Numbered from the stretch's first letter, positions 17,200-26,347 are shown. The stretch: 64,000 nucleotides of DNA from a virus (IMGVR_UViG_3300045988_153285:32001-96000); one strand, 5' to 3'. Notes: generated by a model from the letters alone, not told the origin. Program-made: numbers and translations.

Positions 17200-17976
17200 A
17201 TGAACAATAATGTAGAAAAATTTTTAAGTGAAGTATTTGGAGAAGTTAGAGTAGAAAAAGATAACTTAAAATTATGGTTTTGCGCTAGTGATATAGCAAA
17301 AGTATTAAATTATAGCTCAACACAAAAGATTACCGATAAAGTTGATGATGAAGATAAAGATTACCGAACTTGGGTAACCCTTGGAGGAAAACAAAATATG
17401 ATTTGCATAAACGAATCAGGCTTATATCAAGCGGTATTAAGTATTACTAAAAAGGATAAGGAGAGATACGAAAAATCAAGAGAGTTTAAAAGATGGATCA
17501 CAGGAATAGTTATACCTGCTATAAGAAAAGATGGAGCTTATATTCAGGATGAGGAAAAAGTTTCTCATGGAGAATTAAGCGAGGAAGAATTTATTTTAAA
17601 AGCTATGACAATAATGCAGAATAAAATTGATAGGCTATCAAGAGAAAATGCAGAGATGAAACCAAAAGTAGAATATGTTGATAAAATACTATCAAGTACG
17701 GATGCAGTTACAACAACTCAAATAGCAAAAGATTATGGATTATCTGCAAGACAATTGAACGATATATTAAAAGAAGAAAAAATTCAATACAAACAAAATT
17801 CTCAATGGCTACTATATTCTAAATATGCAGATAAAGGATATATGAAATCTGATACATTTAGATATGATAAACATAATGGTGAAGTTGGAACCAAGATAAA
17901 CTCTAAATGGACTCAACAAGGTAGATTATTTATACACGAAGTATTGAAAGGTAGAAACATAAAACCGGTAGCATAA
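17200..17976 (+). CDS. phage antirepressor (Bro-N domain + KilA-C/ANT domain)
   Basis: FGEVRVEKDN..LWFCASDIAKVLNY (Bro-N) and TTTQIAKDYGLSARQLNDILKEEKIQYKQN (KilAC). Confidence 0.8.
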   Translation: MNNNVEKFLSEVFGEVRVEKDNLKLWFCASDIAKVLNYSSTQKITDKVDDEDKDYRTWVTLGGKQNMICINESGLYQAVLSITKKDKERYEKSREFKRWITGIVIPAIRKDGAYIQDEEKVSHGELSEEEFILKAMTIMQNKIDRLSRENAEMKPKVEYVDKILSSTDAVTTTQIAKDYGLSARQLNDILKEEKIQYKQNSQWLLYSKYADKGYMKSDTFRYDKHNGEVGTKINSKWTQQGRLFIHEVLKGRNIKPVA

Positions 17977-18021
17977 TACATATAAATAGTTTTAGGTGGC
18001 TAATCTATAAAACCACCTTCA

Positions 18022-18071
18022 AATATAAATTAACAAAACTCATTGACTGAATTTGAAAAGTATGGTAATAT
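18022..18071 (+). promoter_or_regulatory. dispersed motif + promoter
   Basis: AATATAAATTAACAAAAC, TTGACT 18043-18048, 17-nt spacer, TGGTAATAT. Confidence 0.7.
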
Positions 18072-18109
18072 ATAAATATAGAAATTAAGAAAAATGAGAG
18101 GTCAAAAAA

Positions 18110-19054
18110 ATGAGTATTATAATTGATAGATTTGAAAGAGAATTAATAAGATCCGAAGCTTCTGTTGATACAATAGCAGCATATAAAAGTGATTTGAAAA
18201 AATTTCATGAATATATAAGAGAAAATGTTTTTTACAGCGATAGCAGTTTCGATGAATCTCTTTGTGCTATTACCTATGAGGTTTTAGAAGATTTTATTTA
18301 TTGGCTTGAAGATAGAGAATATTCAAGAGCAACAATTAACAGAATGGTCGCATCACTAAAAGCATTTTATAAATACTATTCTAAGCATAGCGGATTTAAT
18401 CCTGCTATTGGACTTAAAGGATATAAGAATGTGAATAGTAGACGTAGAACTGTATTATCAAAAGAACAAGTAATTAAAATAATAAACCAAACACAGATAA
18501 AAAGATATGGTGAACCTTATATGTTATTTAATGCACAAAGAAATAGATTTTTAATAGCTTTACTTGCAACAACTGGACTGAGAATAGGAGAAGCACTTAA
18601 TATTAAGTTCGGAAATATAGAACACTACGATGGATATAAAATGGTTAATATCGACATACATAAAGGAAAAACTAAACTTAACAAAAGAGTTCCTATTTGT
18701 GAAAAAATATTGCCATACTATGATTTATATATAGAAGAATATAAGAAAAAATTTAAGATAAGTGATGAAAAATATTTAATTGTTGCTGGAAGATCAGGAG
18801 GACAATTGTGTTCAAAATCTAGTAATGTGATGATAAAAAAATATTGTAAAGAATTAGAGATAGAAGATGTGACAAACCATTGTTTTAGACATTACGCTAA
18901 TACATCACTGGAAGAACTTGAAACACCAGATTCAATAAGAAAAAAAATATTAGGGTGGAGTTGCAATGGTGATATGGGGAATAGTATATATTCGCATGAT
19001 ACAGAAAAAAAAGATAAGATAATGGCGAAGTATTGCAATAAAATATTAGAGTAG
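18110..19054 (+). CDS. tyrosine recombinase (XerC/D / phage integrase family)
   Basis: TGLRIGEAL (Arg), HCFRHYANT (H-x-x-R), LGWS..GNSIYSH (Tyr); N-terminal SAM-like domain ..IAAYKSDLKKF. Confidence 0.85.
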   Translation: MSIIIDRFERELIRSEASVDTIAAYKSDLKKFHEYIRENVFYSDSSFDESLCAITYEVLEDFIYWLEDREYSRATINRMVASLKAFYKYYSKHSGFNPAIGLKGYKNVNSRRRTVLSKEQVIKIINQTQIKRYGEPYMLFNAQRNRFLIALLATTGLRIGEALNIKFGNIEHYDGYKMVNIDIHKGKTKLNKRVPICEKILPYYDLYIEEYKKKFKISDEKYLIVAGRSGGQLCSKSSNVMIKKYCKELEIEDVTNHCFRHYANTSLEELETPDSIRKKILGWSCNGDMGNSIYSHDTEKKDKIMAKYCNKILE

Positions 19055-19067
19055 GGTTTTCCTACTC
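19049..19067. terminator. bidirectional hairpin between convergent genes
   Basis: GAGTAGG / CCTACTC stem overlapping both stop codons. Confidence 0.5.
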
Positions 19068-19367
19068 TTCTAATAAAAACATGTGAGAACAACCTTTATT
19101 AATATGATTTTTACGGCAAGTCTTTCGTAACTCCTTCGTGGGCATAATAACACAATTATTACAATTGTATTGAATTATTTCACTAGGACAGGTTTTTAAG
19201 TTTTTACAAACTTCAATAAATCTGTCACGTTCATTAGATCCACGATATCTGAAATTATTTGTTTCTAATCTACTTATGTAAGTTTGAGATACTTTTGATT
19301 TAATAGCTAGTTCATCTTGTGTAAGTTTATTTTTCGTCCTATGTTCTTTTAAATTTAATTTTATCAT
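19062..19367 (-). CDS. XRE-family HTH repressor with Cys-rich C-terminus
   Basis: ORF-track 19062..19478 trimmed to MIKLNLKEHRTKNKLTQDELAIKSKVSQTYISRLE (HTH_3 pattern) with an AAGGAA SD; C-terminal CPSE..CNNC..C..C. Confidence 0.7.
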   Translation of the reverse strand: MIKLNLKEHRTKNKLTQDELAIKSKVSQTYISRLETNNFRYRGSNERDRFIEVCKNLKTCPSEIIQYNCNNCVIMPTKELRKTCRKNHINKGCSHMFLLEE

Positions 19368-19575
19368 TCTTATTCCTTTCTTAATATTTTTATTATATTT
19401 AATAATATTAAAAAATGAAAGAAAAACAAAGCAATACAAATACAAAAAATGAAGAAATATGGAAGAAATAAACGACAAATATTACTATACGGAATAAAAA
19501 TGTGAGAAAAATGTTATATAATGTTATTGTAGACAAATGGTTGCCTCATTTGATATAATAGCAATAAGAAAAGAG

Positions 19576-19589
19576 AGAACATGTGTTCT
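19576..19589. promoter_or_regulatory. candidate operator (inverted repeat AGAACA-tg-TGTTCT)
   Basis: Lies between the TGATATAAT extended -10 (19551-19559) and the SD of the 19609 gene, in the divergent repressor region. Confidence 0.45.
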
Positions 19590-19608
19590 TTAGAAAGGGG
19601 AAATTAGG

Positions 19609-19821
19609 ATGGGAGAATTAAGTTTATTAGACTTAAAGGTATTATTAATAGAAAAGGAGGTATTCGATATTGAGAGAAATGGAGAAAAAATGTTTGATGT
19701 TGGCTCAGATGAATTATGGGAAGAAATACATAAAGAAAAAATTATAAAAGCCGAGTTTTTCGGAGATGAAAGTATAGTATACATAAAGTTACAAAGCAAT
19801 GAATTAATATTATTGTTGTAG
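19609..19821 (+). CDS. hypothetical protein (first rightward gene of the switch region)
   Basis: AAGGGG SD; 70 aa. Confidence 0.55.
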   Translation: MGELSLLDLKVLLIEKEVFDIERNGEKMFDVGSDELWEEIHKEKIIKAEFFGDESIVYIKLQSNELILLL

Positions 19822-19851
19822 AATAAGCACAGTTAAGTGCTAACATGTAAG

Positions 19852-19866
19852 TAAAATTAACGAAAT
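19852..19866 (+). repeat. dispersed motif copy (variant)
   Basis: TAAAATTAACGAAAT. Confidence 0.5.
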
Positions 19867-19978
19867 ATAAACATAAATCACTCCTTTTAGGGTATAATAC
19901 ATATATAAAATAATAAAAAAGATTGATTAAACTGTTGTTTTTATATATAATTATATTTATAGAAGGAGTGTTTTTATC

Positions 19979-21319
19979 ATGGAAAGTTTAGAAAAATTAA
20001 AAGAGAGAATATTAGAATCTGTAGAAGATAATATTAACAATAAAAAATTATTAAAAGAGTTGAGAGAGGAATTTATAAAGAAAAAATTACCTTCAGCCAT
20101 ACCAAACCAATTGTTTAGTGAGTCTATAGATGAAGATCACTTAGATAAAAATGTATTGATTGCTATAACAAAAGTATTTAAGAATGAATTAGACTCTGAA
20201 AAATTTAAACTATCTAATTACTTTAGTGAAGGTGAAATATTTAGCTACAACAATGAGATAGAAGTTAAAGAAAAAATAGATTATGTATTGTTTAAAGGAA
20301 TCAGACAGATAGATGGCAAGAACTTTTTAGGTGTTATTGATGGTAAGCAAGCAGTTGAAATGAGAAAAAATTCACTATATTCCTATAATAAGTTATTTCA
20401 ACGTGCGCCTAAGGTGGTCAGAACATCTTCTGGAAGAACTATAAAGAAAATTGATGCGAATAAAGAAAATATATTAGATATGGAAAAAGAGTTTTCAGAA
20501 GAAAAAATGACACCAACATCTATTCATTTTGCTATATTAGTTAATAATACGGCAGGAATAAGCGAAAACTTTAAATTTAAAAAAATGTATGAAAATATAG
20601 GTGATATGTGGATTAAGCCGAACTTTGATTTTGAATCTGAAACTTATTTACCATTAATGTGTGTTGATGGGTGGCATAGATTAACAGCTATGTGCAATGC
20701 AGTTGAAAAAGCTGAAGCAGAAGGAAAAACAATAAAGGCTGAATTAGGATGTTTTGTTCATATTTTTGATAATGAAGCAGCTATTAGACACTTTATAGTT
20801 AGTACATTTAAACGCTGTACGACTAATCTAGATTATTTAAATGCAATTACTCCTAATGATGACAATATATTTATAGATGAATTTATAAAAGAATGCAAAT
20901 GGTTAAATGGACATACAGCATTAACTAAGCAAGAAATGAAATTAGAAAATAATTATACTGAAAAAAGAATATTAATAGATTCATTTAAGAAAACTAATAT
21001 AGAGATGAATGATGATCTAAAGAACACAATAAGTCGAGAAAAAGTGGCAAAAGTAATCGATGAAACATTAGATTATGTATTAAAAGAATTATATGATAAC
21101 AATTTAGAAAAAATGATTAATACTATTTATTTGAATAGAAATATATTTAAAATGTATATAAAGTTTGCAGCAGAAGTTAGAGATAAAAAATATGGAATGG
21201 ATATTTATAACCTGATTCAGTATATAGAAAATAATTGCGAAAAAATTACAAACACATTTAATGAAAAGTATATAGCAGATAGTAGTATAGATTTAATTCT
21301 GAGCGAGGTGATTAAATAA
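19979..21319 (+). CDS. ParB/Srx-fold protein with DGQHR-like motif (DndB-like)
   Basis: LMCVDGWHRLTAM resembles the DGQHR signature of DndB/DGQHR-domain proteins; AGGAG SD. Confidence 0.5.
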   Translation: MESLEKLKERILESVEDNINNKKLLKELREEFIKKKLPSAIPNQLFSESIDEDHLDKNVLIAITKVFKNELDSEKFKLSNYFSEGEIFSYNNEIEVKEKIDYVLFKGIRQIDGKNFLGVIDGKQAVEMRKNSLYSYNKLFQRAPKVVRTSSGRTIKKIDANKENILDMEKEFSEEKMTPTSIHFAILVNNTAGISENFKFKKMYENIGDMWIKPNFDFESETYLPLMCVDGWHRLTAMCNAVEKAEAEGKTIKAELGCFVHIFDNEAAIRHFIVSTFKRCTTNLDYLNAITPNDDNIFIDEFIKECKWLNGHTALTKQEMKLENNYTEKRILIDSFKKTNIEMNDDLKNTISREKVAKVIDETLDYVLKELYDNNLEKMINTIYLNRNIFKMYIKFAAEVRDKKYGMDIYNLIQYIENNCEKITNTFNEKYIADSSIDLILSEVIK

Positions 21320-22461
21320 TGAAGACTTTTGAGGAATTAATAAAGAGCGAAAGAAATAAATTGGAAAATAAAAATTTAAAATTTGATGAGTACGAGAACA
21401 ATAAGATAAACTGGTTAAACGATGATGAGAATAACGGATATATAGCAGAAAAAACAAAGATAACTTATTATAGATTGTTAGATGTGCATGTGCATAGTTC
21501 GGAAATAGCTAATAACAAAGATTTAAGAAAATTTACAAGTGTAGAAATAGAAAACCTAGTTAAAGGAGCAATAACTAATAGTAGTACAACTAAACGTGCT
21601 ATATTTGCAGCTATAAATAATTATATGATATATAACGTTGAAAGAGGATTTATAAGCTACAATCCATGTGACTCAATACCAACAACTGATTTATTTGAAG
21701 TAAATAATAAAGCATTAAAAGAACAATACATGCCGTTAGATGAGTTCTATGCATATGTAGATGAATTATCTGCTGATAATGTTGAAAAAATGGTATATGT
21801 ACTAATTAGATACGGTGTACCAGTAAGTGATGTACCTAATGTCAAATGGGAAGATTTGAATGAAGAAGAAATGGTATTAACAACTATTGTTAAGAAAAAA
21901 GCAGTGTCATTACCTATAGATGAAGATTTTATAAGAAAAGCAAGGTTGTGTAGGGCATGTTCAGAGTATGAAGATGGTGGCTATATGATAAAAACAGTAG
22001 ATGGAAGACTTTCTTCTGTAAGTAGAATATATGGAATAATTGATAGGGTTAGTAAAGCTAGCGAAGTTGCAAGACCAGATATGGGAATGTTATTTAAAAA
22101 TAGAAGATATGATCTCGCATTAGAAATTTATGAAGATGAAGGACAAATAGAATCAAACGATCTAAAAGAAATATTAGATATATTAGGTTTATCAAGTGGA
22201 AATTCTAGTTTAACTACATTTAGAAAAGAATTAGAAAATATCTTTGGTTTAGAAGTTAAAACAAAAAACAAAAGAGCTATTGATGTTATAGATATTAATA
22301 CAGGTGAAATAATAAAGACTTATGAATCTATTAGAAATGTGGTAAAAGATAGCAAAGAAACTTTCGGATTCTATATAGATAAGAGTGTTGTTGGGAAAAC
22401 ATGCAAAGGTGAAAGAGAAGGCATGAGAGGATTAACATTTAGATATTCAGAGCAGGGGTAA
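21319..22461 (+). CDS. tyrosine-recombinase-like DNA-binding protein, probably catalytically inactive, with C-terminal NUMOD-like tail
   Basis: Start overlaps upstream stop. SAM-like N-domain (..TTKRAIFAAINNYMIYNVERGFISYNP). VLIRYGVPVSD keeps the Arg. LFKNRRY replaces H-x-x-R and LGLSSGNSSLTTF has Phe where Tyr is expected. Confidence 0.45.
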   Translation: MKTFEELIKSERNKLENKNLKFDEYENNKINWLNDDENNGYIAEKTKITYYRLLDVHVHSSEIANNKDLRKFTSVEIENLVKGAITNSSTTKRAIFAAINNYMIYNVERGFISYNPCDSIPTTDLFEVNNKALKEQYMPLDEFYAYVDELSADNVEKMVYVLIRYGVPVSDVPNVKWEDLNEEEMVLTTIVKKKAVSLPIDEDFIRKARLCRACSEYEDGGYMIKTVDGRLSSVSRIYGIIDRVSKASEVARPDMGMLFKNRRYDLALEIYEDEGQIESNDLKEILDILGLSSGNSSLTTFRKELENIFGLEVKTKNKRAIDVIDINTGEIIKTYESIRNVVKDSKETFGFYIDKSVVGKTCKGEREGMRGLTFRYSEQG

Positions 22462-22482
22462 AACCTGTTCTTTTATTATATA

Positions 22483-22543
22483 AATATAAATTAATAAAAT
22501 TTGAGAGAAAAGTGTTTACTTTTATTTCAAACTATGATATTAT
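22483..22543 (+). promoter_or_regulatory. dispersed motif + weaker promoter
   Basis: AATATAAATTAATAAAAT, TTTACT 22515-22520, TGATATTAT extended -10. Confidence 0.5.
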
Positions 22544-22606
22544 AATGACATAAGCTAAATATAAATAAATTTGAATTCTATTAGAAAATAAAGGAGAATT
22601 GTAGCA

Positions 22607-22759
22607 ATGTTAAAGAGATTTCAATGTGAAGAATGTGATAGTTATGATTATTTAGATCGTGAAGGTAGTGGAGAAGATGAGTATGGAGAATACGAAGCTT
22701 TTAGTTGTGAATGTGGCCATATAACACACATATATTATGAAGAAGATGATTCAATATAA
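22607..22759 (+). CDS. 50-aa zinc-ribbon protein (below ORF-track cutoff)
   Basis: AAGGAG SD; CEEC..CECGH. Confidence 0.5.
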   Translation: MLKRFQCEECDSYDYLDREGSGEDEYGEYEAFSCECGHITHIYYEEDDSI

Positions 22760-22791
22760 AAAGTTAAATTTATTTAAAAGAGGTGGATACT

Positions 22792-23085
22792 ATGGGGGAT
22801 AAACTAACAATGCAAGAAAGAAGTAAAATAAAAAGATTTTTAATTTACTTATATCAAAATAATAAATATGATGACCAAAAGTATTGTACGAATAAGAAAA
22901 GATTATTGGAATGTATAGATTTAGTCGAAAATGAGTCTATTTTTAAAAAGGAAGATGCTTTAGATTTGAGGTTGTTTTTAGATAGTGCTGTTATAGACTT
23001 TAAGAAAACAAGAATTGGATCATTAATAGATGATGATGTATTTAAAAATGCATATAATAAAATATTCAATATGTATTTGGCATAA
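22792..23085 (+). CDS. hypothetical protein
   Basis: GAGGTGG SD; ORF-track 22783 trimmed to ATG 22792. Confidence 0.6.
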   Translation: MGDKLTMQERSKIKRFLIYLYQNNKYDDQKYCTNKKRLLECIDLVENESIFKKEDALDLRLFLDSAVIDFKKTRIGSLIDDDVFKNAYNKIFNMYLA

Positions 23086-23115
23086 AATATGTATTTTAGG
23101 AGGAATAAAAGTTAT

Positions 23116-23475
23116 ATGGATAAAATAGAATTAATAAAATATTTGGCGGACAATATTTTAACTACAGATTTATTAGAAGGATGGGCTAAAGATGAAATTA
23201 AAGAATTGAAAAAATTAAGAGATGGAAATTTTAATATAATGAATAAACATATTTATGAAATATCGAACTATTGGTATGATGAAGAAATTATGGATAATCA
23301 TTATGGATTTTTATATCTTCAAAGTGATAGAGAGTATAGTCAAGATGAGTTTTGGAGATTATGTGAGGAAATAGGTAAAGAACACGGAAATGATAATGTA
23401 TATGATATTCTTATAAGTAAATATGGATTCGAGCGTATGGAGATTACATCGAAGTATGAATATGAAGAAGAATAA
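23116..23475 (+). CDS. hypothetical protein
   Basis: AGGAGG SD; trimmed to ATG 23116. Confidence 0.6.
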   Translation: MDKIELIKYLADNILTTDLLEGWAKDEIKELKKLRDGNFNIMNKHIYEISNYWYDEEIMDNHYGFLYLQSDREYSQDEFWRLCEEIGKEHGNDNVYDILISKYGFERMEITSKYEYEEE

Positions 23476-23553
23476 GATAAAAAGATTATTTTAAGACTAT
23501 TTATATAAAAATAGTATATAATAATATAATAACAAAAGATGAGGAGTTTTATT

Positions 23554-23886
23554 ATGAAATATGATTTTAAGGTTAACTTAACAGAAGATTTATATAAAAT
23601 ATTTTTAGAAAGCGAATCAGATTTTAATTTAAATAAATTTAATAGTATCAAAGAAGAGTTTGAGGAATTTAGAATATTATATAATGATTCACCAGAAGAT
23701 GATGCGATGATATACACAGCAGCATTTAATGAACATAGCGATCATTATCAAATCTTATTAGTCGGTATGAAAGAAGAAAAAGGGACTATATTGTGCTACT
23801 ACTATGTAGGTGACGATAAAAATGATGTGTGGTACAGACAGGGTAGAAATGACTTTAAAAAGATTTTGAGATTTAAAATAAAGTAA
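23554..23886 (+). CDS. hypothetical protein
   Basis: GAGGAG SD; trimmed to ATG 23554. Confidence 0.6.
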   Translation: MKYDFKVNLTEDLYKIFLESESDFNLNKFNSIKEEFEEFRILYNDSPEDDAMIYTAAFNEHSDHYQILLVGMKEEKGTILCYYYVGDDKNDVWYRQGRNDFKKILRFKIK

Positions 23887-23914
23887 AATTATGATTTTTA
23901 AGGAGGCAATAATT

Positions 23915-24238
23915 ATGAAATTTAAAAACTCAGATGAATTACTGAAAATGATATTAAATAATAAGTTAAAGGTGGAAATGAAATTAAAGGAGGGTATTAC
24001 ACAAAAATTCCCTTACTTTAATTTAGGAGTAACTTTTTATGAAGGAAAGGAGAAATGGGTTGAATGTAAATTCGAAGACTATGCAAGTTTCTCACCAATT
24101 TCAGCGAAGTATAAATTAAATGTAGTTCCAATTGATAAGAATTTCAATAAGAGAGATTATTATTTTAGTGATCTATATGACACATTGAACCTGGAAGATC
24201 CAGAAAGAACAAAAATAAGAGTGAAATTAATAAATTAA
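23915..24238 (+). CDS. hypothetical protein
   Basis: AAGGAGG SD; trimmed to ATG 23915. Confidence 0.6.
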   Translation: MKFKNSDELLKMILNNKLKVEMKLKEGITQKFPYFNLGVTFYEGKEKWVECKFEDYASFSPISAKYKLNVVPIDKNFNKRDYYFSDLYDTLNLEDPERTKIRVKLIN

Positions 24239-24247
24239 CTATTTTAT

Positions 24248-24298
24248 AATATAAATTAACAAAAATGATTGACAACAATTAGAAAGTTATGGTAATAT
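24248..24298 (+). promoter_or_regulatory. dispersed motif + promoter
   Basis: AATATAAATTAACAAAAAT, TTGACA 24269-24274, TGGTAATAT extended -10. Confidence 0.7.
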
Positions 24299-24332
24299 AA
24301 ATTTGCAAGATAGATCAAAAGGAGTTGAGAAT

Positions 24333-24920
24333 ATGAAAAATAAATTATTTGTTTTGTTAAGTGAGTCATCTGGTGGCAAAGATACATTATTAAATATGAT
24401 AGTAAAAAATGAATTTTTAAAACCTGTTATTTCTACAACAACAAGAAGAATGAGAAGTAATGAAGAACAAGAGCGTGAATATCATTTTATAACTAAAGAA
24501 GAATTTATGTTGATGGAAGCAAAAGATGAATTCCTAGAGACTACGAGTTATCTAATTCCTTCAGAGGGAATAGTCAAATACGGATTAGCAAAGAAAGATG
24601 TTGTTTTGAGTAAAAGCAGCTACGGAGTAATATTGAATCCAATAGGTCTCCAACAAGTAGAAGAACAATTAGGAAAAGAGAATGTTGTTAGTATTTATAT
24701 ACATAGAAATGATAAAGATAGATTTATAAGTTATCTAAATAGAGAAGAAAAAAGGTTTGATTTAATATTGGATGATGCGTACGAAAGATATAAGAGAGAT
24801 TTAAAGGACTTCGCAGGAATAGAAACAAAAGTGGATTATGTAATTAATAATGATGGTTATTCAGAAGATATGTTATTACAATTCTTAGAGATATTAAATG
24901 CAGAAAGTTATAAAAATTAA
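24333..24920 (+). CDS. guanylate-kinase-like nucleoside monophosphate kinase
   Basis: P-loop SESSGGKDT and STTTRRMRSNEEQEREYHFITKEEF (guanylate kinase signature pattern). Confidence 0.65.
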   Translation: MKNKLFVLLSESSGGKDTLLNMIVKNEFLKPVISTTTRRMRSNEEQEREYHFITKEEFMLMEAKDEFLETTSYLIPSEGIVKYGLAKKDVVLSKSSYGVILNPIGLQQVEEQLGKENVVSIYIHRNDKDRFISYLNREEKRFDLILDDAYERYKRDLKDFAGIETKVDYVINNDGYSEDMLLQFLEILNAESYKN

Positions 24921-24941
24921 AATAATAAAGGAGAAAATGAT

Positions 24942-25124
24942 ATGATTGAATTGTTAAAATTATATGGAATGAGGGAAAGAGCTTTGAAGAGAGCTAGAGA
25001 TTTGGAGGTGTTGCTTAATATAAGGAAAGAACAAGATGTTGAATTAGAATTTAATATATTAGTTAGAAAAATACATAAGTTAGATGATGAAATATTTGAA
25101 GCTGAAAGAAAATTACAACAATAG
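24942..25124 (+). CDS. hypothetical protein
   Basis: AAGGAG SD; 60 aa. Confidence 0.55.
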   Translation: MIELLKLYGMRERALKRARDLEVLLNIRKEQDVELEFNILVRKIHKLDDEIFEAERKLQQ

Positions 25125-25139
25125 AGTGATGGTGGAGAT

Positions 25140-25376
25140 ATGTATATAAGTTTTGGTCAAGCTATGGCAAAGCCTAATAGGGTTGTGATTTTAGAGGGCA
25201 TAAATGCAGAAAGAGTTGCAGCTAAAGATAAGAAAAATAAATTTAGAATTGATAAGATCAGAAGAAAAATTCCAATGAATTTTACAAAAATCAATACTGT
25301 GTTACATAGAGAGTTAAATAGCATTGAATACATAGAATTTTGGAAAGGCATCAGGATAAAAGAAGTTATAGATTAA
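25140..25376 (+). CDS. hypothetical protein
   Basis: GGTGGAG just upstream (short spacing); 78 aa. Confidence 0.5.
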   Translation: MYISFGQAMAKPNRVVILEGINAERVAAKDKKNKFRIDKIRRKIPMNFTKINTVLHRELNSIEYIEFWKGIRIKEVID

Positions 25377-25426
25377 TAAAATCATGTTTTTAATGGAAAT
25401 GAAATAAATTTATAAGGGAGATTATT

Positions 25427-25891
25427 ATGGGAAAATGTATAATATGTAATTGCGAAACAGAAGATTTTAGATGTTGTGTAAGAGAGGAAAATGGAGAATA
25501 TTTTGATGATTTTCAGTGTGGAGAATGTACTGATAAAATAGTTGAAAAAGAAAGAATAAAATGGGAAAGTGATTTTAATAATAAAGCGTTACCATATTTC
25601 ATAGAGAATAATTTTAAGGTAATAGTTGAAGGTAATGATAAAATAGAAGAATTTCCTATAAAAGATTCAGATGTGATGTACTGTGTAAATATAATCAGAA
25701 AAAGAATGGAAGAAAGAGGATATTATGAAAATTGGATAGATGTGCATTGGGAAGAGTGTAATGGAGTAGATTTTGAGGTTGTAGATTATTTATGTTATGC
25801 ATTACCCGAAGATGACGAAGGTGGCGAGTGGATTAGTTATCACTTGAAAATTGTTGGTAATAACAATATGAGATTAAAGAAGATATGTTAA
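25427..25891 (+). CDS. Cys-rich hypothetical protein
   Basis: AGGGAG SD; N-terminal CIICNC..C..CGEC. Confidence 0.65.
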   Translation: MGKCIICNCETEDFRCCVREENGEYFDDFQCGECTDKIVEKERIKWESDFNNKALPYFIENNFKVIVEGNDKIEEFPIKDSDVMYCVNIIRKRMEERGYYENWIDVHWEECNGVDFEVVDYLCYALPEDDEGGEWISYHLKIVGNNNMRLKKIC

Positions 25892-25984
25892 TAAATTGAA
25901 TTACATAAAAGACGAATTTTATTAGAAAAATATCTGTGAAAAACGGAGTAAATAGAAGTATGAGTGAGAATGGAGGAGATTAAA

Positions 25985-26347
25985 ATGAAAATTCTTTACA
26001 CTGTAAATCTAAATAATTACTATTCAAAACATTTTAATACATTTTATTGGAGAGAGTTAATTATTGATAAAGATGGTTTAGTAGAAAAAACCGTAGATGA
26101 GTTTAGAGGTTATTTAGATTATAAATTGTTTGATAAAGAAGATGAGGCAAAAGCTCATAAAGAGGCTAGAGAATTGTTTCAAGGAGACTTAGATAAAATA
26201 ATTTATGATATAGAGATTGTTAATAATATTGCAGAAGCTATAAAAATAATAGAAAACAGTAAATGTATTCAAACTATAAGGTTAAAAGATACAACATATA
26301 AAGTTAAAGAACACGATTTTACATTATCAGTAAATATAAGTAATTAA
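25985..26347 (+). CDS. hypothetical protein
   Basis: GGAGGAG SD; trimmed to ATG 25985. Confidence 0.6.
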   Translation: MKILYTVNLNNYYSKHFNTFYWRELIIDKDGLVEKTVDEFRGYLDYKLFDKEDEAKAHKEARELFQGDLDKIIYDIEIVNNIAEAIKIIENSKCIQTIRLKDTTYKVKEHDFTLSVNISN

